Part shown: positions 13,560 through 26,600 of the stretch, piece by piece
Position numbering within the stretch: position 1 is the first letter of the stretch
How the letters are laid out: each line of letters begins with the position of its first letter
From: Lama guanicoe
Taxonomy: Eukaryota
Length of the DNA stretch: 64,000 nucleotides
Direction of reading: 5' to 3'
Assembly: GCA_013239625.1 (NCBI GenBank)
Contig: MU053758.1
Span: forward strand, 2,108,001-2,172,000
Position numbers and translations under genes: made by a program
Notes under the pieces: generated by a model
The model's input: the letters and a program-made list of their open reading frames with translations, nothing else
The model's database searches: none
What the model was told of the DNA's origin: nothing

Positions 13560-14350
13560 CTAAATATAAAGCCACAGTCTAATCTAAGTGATCAAAGTTA
13601 ACAACATCAATGACACAACAATCTGACACCCCGTGCTTCCCAATGCAATGCACTCGCAAGGACAGACCACGTCGATGATGTTCCTACCAGACAAGCAAAA
13701 CCTAAATCTAGTCACTGGGAAACATCAAAGCCACACTGAGGAACAATCTGCAAAATAAGTGATCTGTACTCTTCAAAAATGTCTGTGTCATGAAAATCCA
13801 AGAAAAGCTGAGGAACAAATTCAGCTTAAAGAATACTAATGAGATACAACTAAAGGACGTGTGATCCTGGACTGAAGGGAAAATTGCTATAAGGGGCATT
13901 ATTGGGACAACTGATGAAACTGAAGATGGACTGTATTTTAGATAAGATTTCTTGAATTTGACAAAACTGTACTGTGGTTATGTAAGTTAATGTCCTTGTT
14001 CTAAAGAAATACATTTGGGAATATTTAGGGATAAAGACAGGCAATATCTACAACTTATTCTCCAATGGTTCAGGTATACATACATAAACACACATATACA
14101 CATAATATCTGCATACATAAAGGTGGAGTTAGTGTGGCAAAATGTTCAAAATTAGTGAGTCTGAAAAAAATTAAATTGTACACTGGAAATGGCTGAATTG
14201 AATGGTATGTGATTTTTTTTCAATAAAGCTATTAAAAAACAGTGGTGAATCTGAGTGAAGGGTGTTCAGAGAGTGAGAGTCCTCTGTGCTACTCTTGTAC
14301 CTCCTCTGTAAATTTGAAATTATTTCAAAATAAACATCTTTGAAAAACAG
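13560..14350 (+). mobile_element. Old L1 (L1MC-like) 3' fragments
   Basis: AT-rich L1 3'UTR-like motifs (actgtactgtggttatgtaa, caataaagctattaaaaaa, tttgaaattatttcaaaataaa); approximate. Confidence 0.6.
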
Positions 14351-14369
14351 AACAGCTATAGAGCTTAGT

Positions 14370-14560
14370 AGGTGCCAGGCACTCTGCATGGGTAGTCTGT
14401 TTACTTAATCTTCACACCCACCATATGAGGATCCCTGTTTTGCAAATGAGGAAACTGAGGCACAGAGAAGTCAGGTGACTCGCCAGAGGAGCACAGAGCC
14501 GGTAAGTGGCAGCACTGGGACATACACTCAGGCATCTGGCTCCAGAGTCCCCACCCTTAA
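14370..14560 (-). mobile_element. MIR SINE
   Basis: tgaggaaactgaggcacagagaagtcaggtgactcgcc MIR core. Confidence 0.65.
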
Positions 14561-15555
14561 CCTCAGTTAGGGCTCAGGGTAGGAAACGAAAGTGTGTGTT
14601 ACTTTCTAGCTCAGAAGTGTTTTTGCATCCATTATCTCATTTGATCCTTTCAGCGTCCACAGGAAGTACTTAAAACCCATCACCCACTTTATGTCCATTA
14701 GAAACTTGGGACTCAGAAAGGTTCAGTCACTGGGTGCTCCACTCAGCCAGGGCTAGCCTGCAACAGTCACCGCCCTGGTTGCCTTCAGGAATCAGACAGA
14801 ACTCTAGGCTTTTTACATCAATCCTCCAATTCTCTCAATAATAACATAAGAGAGGGACCATAATCCCCATTTTGTAGGTAAAGAAATTGAGGTTCAAAGG
14901 CGAAATAATCTCCCCCCGAAGATCTCAAGCTCAATAAAATACAACAACCAAAAAAACCAACAAAATTTAATCAATCAATTAAAAACAAGCCAATCAGGGC
15001 TAGGATTTGAACCCCAGGCTGTCTTCTAACTTCAAATCCTTCACCTAAACTCACCCTCCATGTTTCTCAAACCCCTGATAATGTCTAGGAGGGCAAACTA
15101 ATGGAGACGCAATATGACAAAGGACAACGGCCTTCTTACCAATTTCATCTTTATCAAGGCCTAAATGAGGGCAGTGCAGCAAAAAGACAGGAAGGACCTC
15201 TCAACTGCTAACGAGCTTGGTGACACTGGGACAAAAAGCACAAAATTCTTTCTGTTTTCTGGACTAAGGATGGGAGGTCAACCAAAGTAGAGACAGGGGA
15301 CAGGCCTGCATGACCCTAATAATAATATTTATAATAGTTAATACATGATGAGATACATTATATGAGACCCTTTGCTAAGTGCTAAGGATTCACATTAGGT
15401 TGAAGCTTCACCATATCTATACAATGGAGTTTGACAGGGGAATCAAGGCGGCAGGAGATTAAGTTACACAATTAGTAAGCAGTACCTGGGGTTTAAACTC
15501 AGGCAGCCCAACCAGAGCACTCCTGTCCCCATCAGGATAAGACTCTTGCACTCAC

Positions 15556-15707
15556 CTTAGGAGAGGTGATCTTGATGTAAACAATGATGGGGGCTAGTGA
15601 GGTCTTGGAGAGCTGGGCTGGGTGGTTGATGGTGTCGGCATCCAGGGCAACCAACTGAAGGGTCCGGGCTAGCTCAAAGATTCGCTCGATCTCGCTCTGA
15701 ACCTCAG
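15556..15707 (-). CDS. CACNB1: CACNB1 exon 11 ([29 protein letters not shown]...ITSPK)
   Basis: GK domain; CAG/GTGAGT. Confidence 0.96.
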
Positions 15708-15842
15708 CTGGGGGAGTGGAGTCATGGGGAAGGGAAACGTAAGGGGGGCTTCCCAGGAGGCAGTTGGCAAATATAACACTTCTGGAGATGCCCCTGTCCC
15801 TCACACATCTGGCCCCAGCACAGAGGTCGGGGGGTGGGGTTA

Positions 15843-16019
<177 letters not shown>

Positions 16020-16150
16020 CTACTCCCCAGGCTCTAGCCTGCCTCTTATCCCTCAGTCCAAGAGTTCCAGGATTGTCATTCAAGCCATTCTGCCCATCCC
16101 TGGCAGCAGAGGACCACGGTGGGGGTGGAGAGCCAGCTCCCAGGATCTTA

Positions 16151-16240
<90 letters not shown>

Positions 16241-16666
16241 TCAGGTGTTTAAAGCCCCTCAGGAAGGGTGGACTACTGGGTATTTGTCCCCTGATCTTCT
16301 ATTTTCTTCTTAAACCCCTGATAGGAATGGGTCCCTGTTGGGAAGAGGGGGCAGTCCTCCTGAGTCCGAGAGGCCTCCCCTGGGGTCTCTGGTTCCTAAA
16401 GTCCTTTTCCTAAAGTCCTAGGTGGTATCTCTGGGAGGACTTTTCTGGGGAAGACGTGGGGTAGAGAGGACTAGAGCCTTCTGAGTGGGTCTCCCTGTGG
16501 GTTGGGCCCCTCTGAGGCGGGTGTTCTCTGAAGGTCTGTGGCCCTCTGGGGAGGAAACCCTGGGAGGGCCCTGCTACGGAATCTCTCTGGGGTCTAAAGA
16601 CCTTTCTATGGAGTCTCTCTGGGGGTCTGGGCCCCTCTGGGTCCACTCCCCTCTAGGGGCTCCTAC

Positions 16667-16747
16667 CTCATAGCCCTTGAGCGACGGTCCCACCAGGATG
16701 ATGGGCCTCATGGAAGGTACCACGTCATAGGGGGGCACATGTTCTGT
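16667..16747 (-). CDS. CACNB1: CACNB1 exon 8 ([27 protein letters not shown])
   Basis: BID/start of GK domain; CAG/GTAGGA. Confidence 0.96.
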
Positions 16748-17010
16748 CTGGGGGGGAAGCAGGAAGGGGAAACCCCAGAGTGGAGATGGCATTAGCCCCT
16801 CTTCCCCCACCTCCAGGCTCCCTCATGCATCCTTTCCACCCCTGGTCCCAAAGCCCGGATGTGGGGATTGGAGTGGGGATGGGGAGGTATGGCGAAGGAG
16901 AACCAGGAGGGGTGGGGGACATAGGGGGCAGATATGGGAATGGGTGTTAGAAGGTCCCCTAGCTCATCCCAGGGGGTGGGGAGGGGGACACAGAAAGCTG
17001 TGATACTCAC

Positions 17011-17030
17011 CGATTTCTGCTTCTGTTTGG
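17011..17030 (-). CDS. CACNB1: CACNB1 20-nt exon 7B (AKQKQKS; beta1b/c)
   Basis: cccag/CCAAACAGAAGCAGAAATCG/gtgagt; phase 1 to 0. Confidence 0.93.
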
Positions 17031-17839
17031 CTGGGTCCAGAATGCCAAGAGGGGGGAGGGGAGGAGAAAGGGGAGGGTACCCAGGCAGGGGCAGAGGGCA
17101 AGGGAGGAGCCAGGACAAGAGAGGGAGGAAGAGCGGGCAGACGAGGAGAGATAACAAGGCATGCGTGTTAGTGACAGACAGAGCCAGAGAGAAGGGACGG
17201 GACCCCATGCCAAGGGGGAGCCAGAGATGTCCCTGGCTCAGGGCTGGGAGCGGGACTGACAGTGAGTCAGGGAACTTGGAAAAATTCAGATATCCTCTAC
17301 CCCCTTTCTGGGTCTTGGAAAAGAGCTGGGAAGAGTGACAGCCCCTGATTTGGTGCCCATCTCATGGCCCCAGTGCAGACCAACCAGCCCATTTTAAAGG
17401 TTCCCTTAACTGTCCTGCTCTGCAGCCAGGAGACCCCCAGGTGCCCACCCTAGCCCCACGGAGTCCAAAAAGGGCAAAGACGGGTCACCATTCTACTTTC
17501 CACTTCACATGTGGGGCAAACATGGACTATCCCACTGGTAGTAAGGGGAAAGGTCAGGTTTCATTTCCACCAGATTCTGCTTTCAGTTGGGGGTAGGGCA
17601 GCCTTCCAAGAAAAGCGGCGCTTCGACTGCAGAACCATCCCTTCTGGGGGAGTGGGTTAGGGTGTGGCGACAGATGTGCCCGACCTTGGTGCCACTCGAC
17701 CCTCCCCTCCTCCTCAGCAGGAAGGCCTGATATGCACAGAATCAGGCTGGTACCACATCTCAATCCATCCCAGCCCTCATCCCCCTGCCAAACAGCTGGG
17801 CCCTGACCTCCCCTCTTGCAAGAACCCAGCAAGAATTAC

Positions 17840-17994
17840 CTTCTTGAAGAAGGGGATGCGTTTGCCGTGGGGTGGCGGGGTGGTGACACTGCTAACACTA
17901 GTCTTGGCGGAGCCGCTCTGCTCACCAAGCTCTGCTTCCTCATCCTCTAACTCTAGGGGGTCTAGTTCAAAGGCTAAGTTAGTCATTTCATTAC
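17840..17994 (-). CDS. CACNB1: CACNB1 exon 7A (skeletal-muscle beta1a HOOK: GNEMTNLAFELDPLELE...KRIPFFKK)
   Basis: 155 nt, same phases as 7B; CAG/GTAATT. Confidence 0.93.
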
Positions 17995-18398
17995 CTGGAC
18001 CGGAGAGTCAGGATTGAGGGAGGAAGGAGGCGAGGTGGGGAGGAGTGAGATGGACATGGAGACACAAGTACAGAACGCAGGGATGGGATGGGGAAAAAAG
18101 AAAGAAGAAGAGGTGAATGGAACAGGGCTGGGAGAAATGAATGGGGGGGAGGGGTGGGGGAGTCAGGCAGAGAGATGGAGCTACCAAAGAGATGGGAGAG
18201 GAGAGACATGAGAGAATGGGAGCTGACAGGCCCAGCTTGTGGCGTGTCCTACTCTTCAGGGAGGGGGTACCACTGGATGTGTTTGGAGGACTCAGGATTG
18301 GGGTACCCCTTATCGTGGGGAAAGCAAGGGTCAGGCAGTGGGAAGACCATCCCACCCAGGAGCTCCACCCCACCCCCTGGGGTGGTGGCAGCTCTTAC

Positions 18399-18475
18399 CA
18401 CTGGCAGGGGGTGTGGGGCGGCGGGTGCCAGTCACCACATCTCCCAGACTGGAGCTGGAGTTGTCACCTGATTTG
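18399..18475 (-). CDS. CACNB1: CACNB1 exon 6 (KSGDNSSSSLGDVVTGTRRPTPPAS)
   Basis: HOOK region; CAG/GTAAGA. Confidence 0.95.
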
Positions 18476-18706
18476 CTGTGTGGGCAGAGAGAGAAGCAAA
18501 TGGAGCCATGAGCAAGGAGGTGGGCGTGAGGGTGGGGGATCGTGTTCTCTCCCAGGCTGCCCACCCCCTGCTCCCAGATTCTCCATCCCCACCAGTGATG
18601 CCACAGGCGACTCTGTGTCCTCAGGGGTATGGGTCAACCCTTGGGGCCTAGTCCTGGCTGGATGGCCTCTCCTGGGGGTGGGAGTGCCCCGCCCCCAGCC
18701 AGACAC

Positions 18707-18843
18707 CTGGAGCTGAGGCGGTTCTGGCGCAGCTTCTGTTCCTGCAGCAGGCGCAGGCTGTCCAGTTTGACGGGGCTGGGGATGAAGCCAACCTCACAGC
18801 CCTCCTTCACCAACCGCCCGATCCACCAGTCATTATTGTATTT
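18707..18843 (-). CDS. CACNB1: CACNB1 exon 5 ([24 protein letters not shown]...RLSS)
   Basis: SH3 WW motif; CAG/GTGTCT. Confidence 0.96.
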
Positions 18844-19400
18844 CTGCAAACAGCAACAGCAGTTGCGGATGGGAGAGACCAAGAGGGAGATTAGCAGTAC
18901 AAGCCAGCAGCCAGCTCCAGGGGACACCACCCCAGGACTTGTCTACCCTGTTCAGACAGTGGCACCCTCAAAGAGCCCGGCCCTGGCTCCTGCCTCTGAG
19001 TACAGCCCCCAATTCTCAGGACTCTCTGGGACCAGCATCCTCTTATGCCCCGTCCCCAAGCACATCCCTGTTCTGAGAGACCTTCCTCCCACCACGTGCC
19101 AGCTCTACCCTGGAAAGGCAGGGAGAGGAGTAAATGCTGATACCTCCATGTGCCTGGCACACGGCCGCTCCACTGACAGGCTTCATCACCAACCTTCCCA
19201 ACAACTTGTGACCTAGGCGTTACCATCCCATTTTACCAATGAGAAATTCAAAGCTCAGAAAGGTACAAAGATTTGTCACACAGCAGATTTAGCCCAGCTC
19301 TGCTTGGCTCAGAAGTCTTTTCCACTAGGGTTCCGGTTGCCCCTCTCGTGGCACCCACTACCCTGCCCGCCCCTCCAGATGCCAAGTGGTATCTCCCCAC

Positions 19401-19523
19401 CTCTTTGATGTGCAGGAAGTCCTTGGGCTCGAAGGTGATGGCCACTCCCTGCACAGGCACCTCATCCCCTGGAGATGGGTTGTAGCCAACATTTGTCCTC
19501 ACAGCAAATGCCACTGGCTTGGT
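19401..19523 (-). CDS. CACNB1: CACNB1 exon 4 ([14 protein letters not shown]...DFLHIKE)
   Basis: Start of SH3 domain; TAG/GTGGGG. Confidence 0.96.
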
Positions 19524-19849
19524 CTAGGGGAGGTGCCCGGGGAAGATGAAAACCAGAAGGTTAAACCATATTGTGATGTACAACTTCCTGACTTGGGTGG
19601 TGATTAGGGAGAGGTTTGTTTTGTAAATTGTTCATTAAAACATATACTCAATAGTTCATGCAGCTTTTCATGTATATATTAAATTTTACAATTAAAAAAA
19701 AAGAAAGCAAAAAATAGAATTCAGTCCTCCACCCTTAGGATGGAGAGGGCCATCAGGAAATGATAAGTGTTGGTCGTGGGGGAGCCCAGAATGACACCGA
19801 GAAGGAATAATAATAATATTAATAAGCAACAGTAACACTACTGATAGCA

Positions 19850-20050
19850 GCTACTGTTCAGCGTGCCAGGTACCGTTACATGTTTTACATGCATTATTTC
19901 ATTTATTCATCACAAAAACCCTATGAAGTTAAGTACAATCACTATCTTCATTTTGATGAATGAGGAGACTAAAGTTCAGGAAGGTTAAGTGACTTGCCTA
20001 AGATCACATAGCTAACAAGAGTTAGTCCAGAAAGTCTGACTCCAGAAATA
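19850..20050 (-). mobile_element. MIR SINE
   Basis: tgaggagactaaagttcaggaaggttaagtgacttgcctaagatcacatagcta MIR core. Confidence 0.65.
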
Positions 20051-20299
20051 AGTGGAAATTTTTAGCACTTCTCAAGCTCCTATTATATATAGAAACTGTA
20101 TTACACACTCACTATACTTTATAAGGAGCAGGTATCATAGCCTACATTTTACAGGTGAAAGATAGAGGCACGTTGAAGCCCAGTGGGACACCGGCTAGGA
20201 AGTGGCCGGGCCACGACTTGACCCTGGGTCTGCCCAGGCTGCCTCCAAGGCAAGGGGTGAGGGAAATAATGCCAGTGCCACCCTGTACATCTGTCTCAC

Positions 20300-20419
20300 C
20301 TTGGCTTTCTCGAGCTGGGCTAATGCCTGGCGCTCTGCCTCCTTCCTTAAGGCTTCCCGGTCCTCCTCCAGAGACACGTCGGAGTCTGATGGACGGCTGG
20401 TGTAGGACTCTGCTGAGCC
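20300..20419 (-). CDS. CACNB1: CACNB1 exon 3 ([40 protein letters not shown])
   Basis: Conserved CaV-beta N-terminal helix; CAG/GTGAGA. Confidence 0.96.
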
Positions 20420-21870
20420 CTGGAAACAGACAGGGCCAGCTCAGGGCCAATGGTGCCTCTCCAGCTCCTGGACCTCGGAAGTCCCCCATCACGGACGCGC
20501 CAAGCCCTGGTCAGCCTGGCACAATACCACAAGGGCTAGGAGACGGTGGTATTAGATGGGAAGAGCCAGACAGCGAGGTCTGCAGGCCCCAGGGAAGAGT
20601 GTGGCCCTAGGGAGGGTAAAGCAAGCAAGCAGCAAGCAGGGGGTTGTGGCAGGTCCAAGGACAGCTGCCTGGGGCCCAGGGAGGGGTGGGAACCTGATAG
20701 GGGCACAGCGCAGGGGAGGAGTGCCAAGGGACGAGTCTCCAATCCCTGCTCCTCCTTCACTACCCTGCCCCCAGCGCCGGCTGAGACAGACTCAGTAGAG
20801 GCCCAGTGAGTCCTTCCAGGGACAGTAGCCACCAGCTTAGGCCTGAGCTCTCTGCACTGTTGGCAATGGGCAGACTGCTCGTATGATAGGGCCACACAAA
20901 ATTTTGCTATCTTCTGCTCAAGGGTGAGGGAAGACAGGCTTTTACCTCCCACGCCAGAAGCAGGGAAGCCCCAACCCTCAGGCTCTCCTAAGATACGACA
21001 AAGAACCCACGATCCCTGGGGTGATGCAGGCAGGAGAGGCAAGTTCAGAGAAGAACACGGGCAAGCCTTTCCCCAGTACTGGGGCTGCCAGCTGCCAGGG
21101 TTAAGGCGGGTTCAGAAGTCTCGGTGTGCCAGGAAGCTGCTCTCGATCACACTGACTATCCCCGAACACAAGGAACTCCCTCAGCAATGCAAGCACATGT
21201 GTAAGACACACACAGCCTGTCCAGACCCAAGGCATGAATGAACATGCTTATTCATGGATGTGCCTGGATGTACAGCTTCAAGTACGTTTAGCAAGGTATG
21301 TTCTGCGGTGTGTCCTGGTGTGCATGACTGAACGCACACAGGTACACGTGAGTGTATACAGCGGGGTGCCCTCGGTGTCTGTGTCCCTGAGAGCACGTGA
21401 GGGCAGGAGTCAGGAGGTGTGGATTTGTGTGACTGTGCAGGTGTGGTGTTATTAACAAAGGGCAGGAGGTGACATGAAGAAAGAGTAGGACTTCAGAGAT
21501 GGGGGGGGTCTTTCCTGAGGATGTGAAAGGGTCACTTGGCCAGGAATGCCCACTAGCTTGGTATGGAGGGGATCTGGGAAAGAGAGCAGATGGAGCCCCA
21601 CCTCTCCAGAGTGCCCTGGTCATCAGCTGGTGCAGGTGCCCACCCCTTTCCCAGCCAAATCATGAAAATGGGAGACTTATGAGGAGAGAGGATGGGGGTG
21701 GGGTGGGGTCACTAGCAAAAGCTGGAAAAAAGACACAAAGAGTGAAAACCAGTTAATTGACCATTCTCTACCTCTCCTGACAGGAACACGCAGAGTCAGG
21801 AAGACAGACACTGGGAGGAGCAGAAAAACAGACCCAGAGATGGAGCGGAAGAGAGGCACTTACTGACCAC

Positions 21871-21871
<1 letters not shown>

Positions 21872-21907
<36 letters not shown>
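21872..21907. repeat. (CA)n microsatellite
   Basis: Direct inspection. Confidence 0.95.
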
Positions 21908-21909
<2 letters not shown>

Positions 21910-22032
21910 CAGAAATGGCGGGAGACAAGGAAACAGTGAGGAGGCAAGGAGGCAGGCTGGAGTGAAGGGCCCCCACCTGCTTTCCTGAGGGGCTGCTCCC
22001 ACCCCCTCACCCCCGCCCCATCCCCAGCTCAC

Positions 22033-22062
22033 CACTACGAGGGTCCGGTTGGGCGCCTCCAT
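22033..22062 (-). CDS. CACNB1: CACNB1 alternative first coding exon in intron 2 (MEAPNRTLVV)
   Basis: gggATGG Kozak, 30 nt, phase-0 GTGAGC donor compatible with exon 3; resembles recalled rodent short N-terminus MEVPSRTLVV. Confidence 0.75.
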
Positions 22063-23411
22063 CCCAGCGCCCTCAGTGCCTGGCCCTGCTGGCCTAGGGG
22101 GTGGCCCAAATTGCCCGTTCCCCCAGGGGCTCAGGTTACAAGCAGAGTTGCTACATGTGCAAACTGCTAGGGTATATTTAGCTCAGAGATGTGGCAAGGT
22201 CTGCCCCCCCACTCCCTGCCACCAACTGGGGGTCATAGCTGGGAACTGAGAGGAGGAAGGATTGGAGGCCGGGGTCTGCTCCCCTGGACTGGCAAATATG
22301 GAAAGAACAAAGACCTTTTCTGTGAAGAGGGGCTCCACTGAGCACAGTGTCATTCTTCCTAATCCCCAGCCCTGGCCCTACAACACCAGGGATGAGGGAA
22401 AGATCAAAGAAAGGACTTCCCATCTTTTTGTATACTTATGAGGTACTGGGATGAAGGGCCTCTTCCCTGACTCTCTCAAGTCAGGCCTGGGCTCACATGT
22501 GCCAAGTGTTGTGCAGACAGAAGAATCATAAACAAGGGCCTCACTCCAATCTGTAGTGGGTCTGCCCGGCATCACCCTCTCCTTCTTGGCCCTGGGGGCT
22601 GACCTCCCTACTATCCTCTGCCCTCATACACTTGCCCATTTTTTCTTCAGTGGATTCCTTTCCTCATCTGATCCTAAGCCCCTCTCGCCTTTTTTGGATA
22701 CCAGGCTTTGTTGAGATGCTCTGTAGTCATAGCAACCACATGGCTCTCTCACTTCTCCCTGAGCCTGAGATGGCCTGGGGTTGAGTTAGAACAGAATGGT
22801 ATCTTCCTGAGAACTGAAGATCCCAGAAAACTACTTAGTTACCCACTTCGGTCAGGGGTGCTGGGCTAAAGTCCTCTCTAAAGTCAACTTCCTCCTGTCT
22901 CTCCTCCACTTCCCTCAACAATCTTTCTCTCTGCATATTAAGGAATACTCACATCTGGATGTGGAGGGCATTTCCCTGATCCATCCCTAATCAGGACTCC
23001 AGGGCCCCAGACGTCCTGGCTCCTCATTTCTTAGGACCTGCCTCTACCCCATGCTGTCACAGATTCTGGGGGAGGACATGGAAGGAGACAGCCGGCAGGG
23101 GGAGTGGGTGACAGCCTGAAGCAAGCTAGAAGGAGGCAGGCCAGGCTGTCCCTGAATGAGATGACGCAGGCAGCCAGGCAGCAGGGGCTGGTGGCTGGTG
23201 CTGGGGGAGGGGCTGGGCGGGGGCTGAGGGAGTGGGTGCAGCTGACAGTAGATGCAGAGGAGGTCATGGGGTGTAAGGGTGATGGGGTGGTTCCAGGCAA
23301 GTGACAAATGACAGGGGAGAGGGCACCTGGAGAAAGCCTCAGACCCAGCTCACCATTCCTGGTCTCCACCAGCCAGCCACTTCCCTCCTCTCAGCCCAGC
23401 CTCCCCATTAC

Positions 23412-23498
23412 CTGGCGGACAAAGCTGTTGGATGTTGTATCCGAGGATGTGCTCCCATCTGACCTTTTGAACCGCCCTTTCCTCTTGCTGTATTTGCC
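23412..23498 (-). CDS. CACNB1: CACNB1 exon 2 ([29 protein letters not shown])
   Basis: TAG/GTAATG; matches beta1 N-terminus. Confidence 0.96.
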
Positions 23499-25419
23499 CT
23501 AAAGAAGCCAGGAAGGGACAAGAGTAGAATCAGAAAAGCCCGTTCCCAACCCTCATCCCATAGGCCCAGAACTACAGCCAAGCCTTAGAAATATTCCCTG
23601 ATCTGAACAGCCCGCCCCTCCATCTTCTTCCTGAGATGGTACAGCCCGAGAGGGAGGGAGGGCCCAGACCACAGCCATGGGGTGGGAGACAGTGCAAGAG
23701 AGCCCTAGGAAGCACACACAGAAACCCCCAAAACCAAGCCAGAGAGGTTGGGATGGGGGAGGTGCTGAGAAGCTGGAGGCTCATTAGGCAGCAAAGCTAA
23801 TTAAGATGCTGGGCAGGCTGCAGCAGCCTCAGGGGGAAGGGAGAGGCTGCCTGCAGTGCTTGGGGGTGCAGAGAGAGCCCGGGAAAGTCCCCCTCCCTCC
23901 CCACCTCAGCTAGAGCAGAGAGGGGCTGAGTGTGCCTGTGGCCCCCAGAGAGAAGAGGAATCGCCAACCCAGGCCCAGCTTGGCTTCCCCGAGCCCAACT
24001 CTTGCCCTGTTTTCGCAGAGTAGGGAGGGGAGTTGCAGCTCTCAGCTCTTGAAGACCTAAAACTAGATTCCCAGGGAGGGGGGAGGGGGCATGGAACTGC
24101 ATTGGGAAAGTAAACATCTAAACCCAACCCTGACTCATGAGGGGCAGATTTAGCCCCCCACCTATCCTGGCAGGACTTTTTCTCAGCCCCCTCCTCACCA
24201 TCACAGTGATCACACCTCTCCCCAAGGAGGCAAGAGGGATCAAGCCCTCTAGCCCCCAGCTGCCACTGCCCAAATCCTGTCCCCATCCTGTCCCCATAGT
24301 ATCCACCAGGCTGCATCCATCTAAATGCCCCCTGACATGAGCCAGGACACAGCCCCTGCAGGTCTTCGGGGAAGCCTGGCTCAGTCCCACTGGCTGGGCT
24401 CCTGGCTTGGGTGGAGTGACACGGCCTGACCTCTCAAGCAGCCACACATTCAGGTATTTCCAGGCCTCCTATAAAGGGGGCTGCTTCTTTGCCCTCTCCA
24501 ACTCACATATACACGTTGGCCCCCAGCCAGTCTGGGGAGGGGGAATGATTGAGGGTTCAGGCCCTCCAAGCCCCTGCCCCCAGCCTCCATCCTAGAGTTT
24601 CTTTGCCAAAGAAGCCAGATAAGCTATGGCCAGACTAGAGGTTCCTTGGGCCTGAGTACAAGGAGGAGGATGGGTAGGTGGGAGAGAAGGGCACCTGGGA
24701 ACCCTTTGAGAATCCTCCCTCCTATCACCTTCTCTCAAACTAGACATATAGACATATATCAACCTCTAGGATTGAGGATCCCTCAGTGAGCCCCAGACTC
24801 TCTGTCACATCACCACCACCATCCCAGGCTGGGAAAAGGGAGTGGCACCCAGAGGGACAAGGAACAGCTGAAAGGAAGGCCCCAGTCAGCTGCCTCACAG
24901 GCTCCAAGGGGCCTGGGGTGGGGAAGGGAGGTATTTTTAGGTCTGATCTGACTCCCCCCACGTGCCCATCAAGCACATTATCATGGTGGTTACAGTTGCT
25001 CCAGACAGGCCACAGTAAGAAAAGAGTTAATTCTATCCTAGCCTTGGGGTGTTGCCACATTATAAAAGGACATGTCTCAGAGAAATTCCCTGGCAAGACC
25101 ACCCCAGACCCTGCTGGTCACTCCATGGGCACCCACCACACTCAAGAATACTCCTTCCTGGGGGTAACCCAGGGGCACAGGAAAAGTGTGAGTGGGGGAG
25201 GGATGACACAGCCCCCACCCCCCAGGTAACACAGCTTCTTCCCCTCCGGACAGTGAGTTGGCATTGACCCAACTTTCCAAACTTCGGAGGCGGTTTCCAG
25301 GCCTGGGGGGATGGGGTGGGGAAGAGAGAACGAACGTGGGTGTTGGGGGAGGGGAGCTGGTCCAATATAGGGGTGGCGCTTAAGTGGCTAGGAAGGTGGC
25401 CTGGCCCGGAGATGGCCCC

Positions 25420-26600
25420 TTCCCCAACCCTGACGGCCAGTGTCTGCGGCTCTGAAGGCCTGCTGGCACCACCCTCTGACCATCGCCTCGGCCATCTCCC
25501 AGTGCCACCCCCGCCCCACCCACACCCGCCGGCGCCCCTGAGCGTGCTCTGCGTCGCCCCCTTTGCCTGAGCTTGCTCTCTATCCTACCTCAACCCCCAG
25601 TACCCCTTGCCAGCACCCACACTCTCAACCCACTGGAGCCGGTACCCGAACAGCAGGGACCCTAATGCGAGGGAGACGAGGAGGCGAGGGTGACAGGCGG
25701 CCCGACCGCCCCCTCCCCGCTCGGCAAAACCGCAGCACAACTCCTAGCCAAGCGCCCATCAATCATTCACTGGCAGAGATGGGGGGCGCGCAGCCTTTCT
25801 GCTTCTGCGCCGGGCAGATAACCCCGGCCCCCCTCAATCGGACCCTACAAGATCCCCCTCGATCCGATCCCACAAAGTCCGCGGAAGCGGCCCCGTTCCC
25901 TCGAGCCCGGCCACCATGCCTCACCTGTGGGCTGGGGTCGAAGACCTCCATGGGGATCTCCTGAGAGGATGGGTAAGGGCCCCGGGACATGCTGGTCTTC
26001 TGGACCATGGAGAGGAGCTTCCCCTCCGGCCGCTGGCCCGGCCCAGCCGGGCACCCTCAACGCATGAGAGAGGCCGTCGGAACGGAGAGCAGCGCAGCGC
26101 GGCCAGCACCGGGTCCAGCCACCTGGCCCGGCCTTCGGTTGCCCTCTTCCTGCCTTCCCTCCCTCCTCCCGCTCTCCCCTCTGCTGCCGCCGCCTCCTCC
26201 GCCCCTGAAAGCTCAGCATCTCCCCCCGCCCCCTCCAGGCCCCGCCCCTCGCAGCCCCTTCGCCAGTTCCGCACAGACAATGGGAGGGCGGCGGGAGGAC
26301 GCACACCCCTCCCGGCGAGAGCTGGCCTCAGACTGGCCTAGTGTGAGGATGGCCCACTTTGGGGGTATTAGAAACTGGCCAAGGCCCTGAGAGCGAGGGG
26401 TCGGGGGTGCGGTTTACCAGTGGATGCCAAACACCGATGGAGCTGAAGCGCAGATTAGCATGGCTGGTACCGCCCCCCTCTTCCGTCCCAAACCGCTCTT
26501 CTTAGCCGGTCTTCCCATTCCACCCCAGCGTGGGCCACCGGAACTTCCCGGCCCTGGTGATCCTGGAACCCGGCTTTAACTCCTTTCTCCCTATTGTGAG
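25420..26600 (-). promoter_or_regulatory. CACNB1 CpG island promoter with GC boxes
   Basis: Very high CpG/GC content, ccgccc motifs near 26200-26300. Confidence 0.75.
25925..26008 (-). CDS. CACNB1: CACNB1 coding exon 1 ([28 protein letters not shown])
   Basis: Start codon in CpG island; GTGAGG donor. Confidence 0.96.

Noticed and set aside
23040..23300. Possible additional CACNB1 alternative first exon
   Set aside because: ATGs and a CRE-like site are present, but there is no convincing in-frame donor or recognisable peptide.
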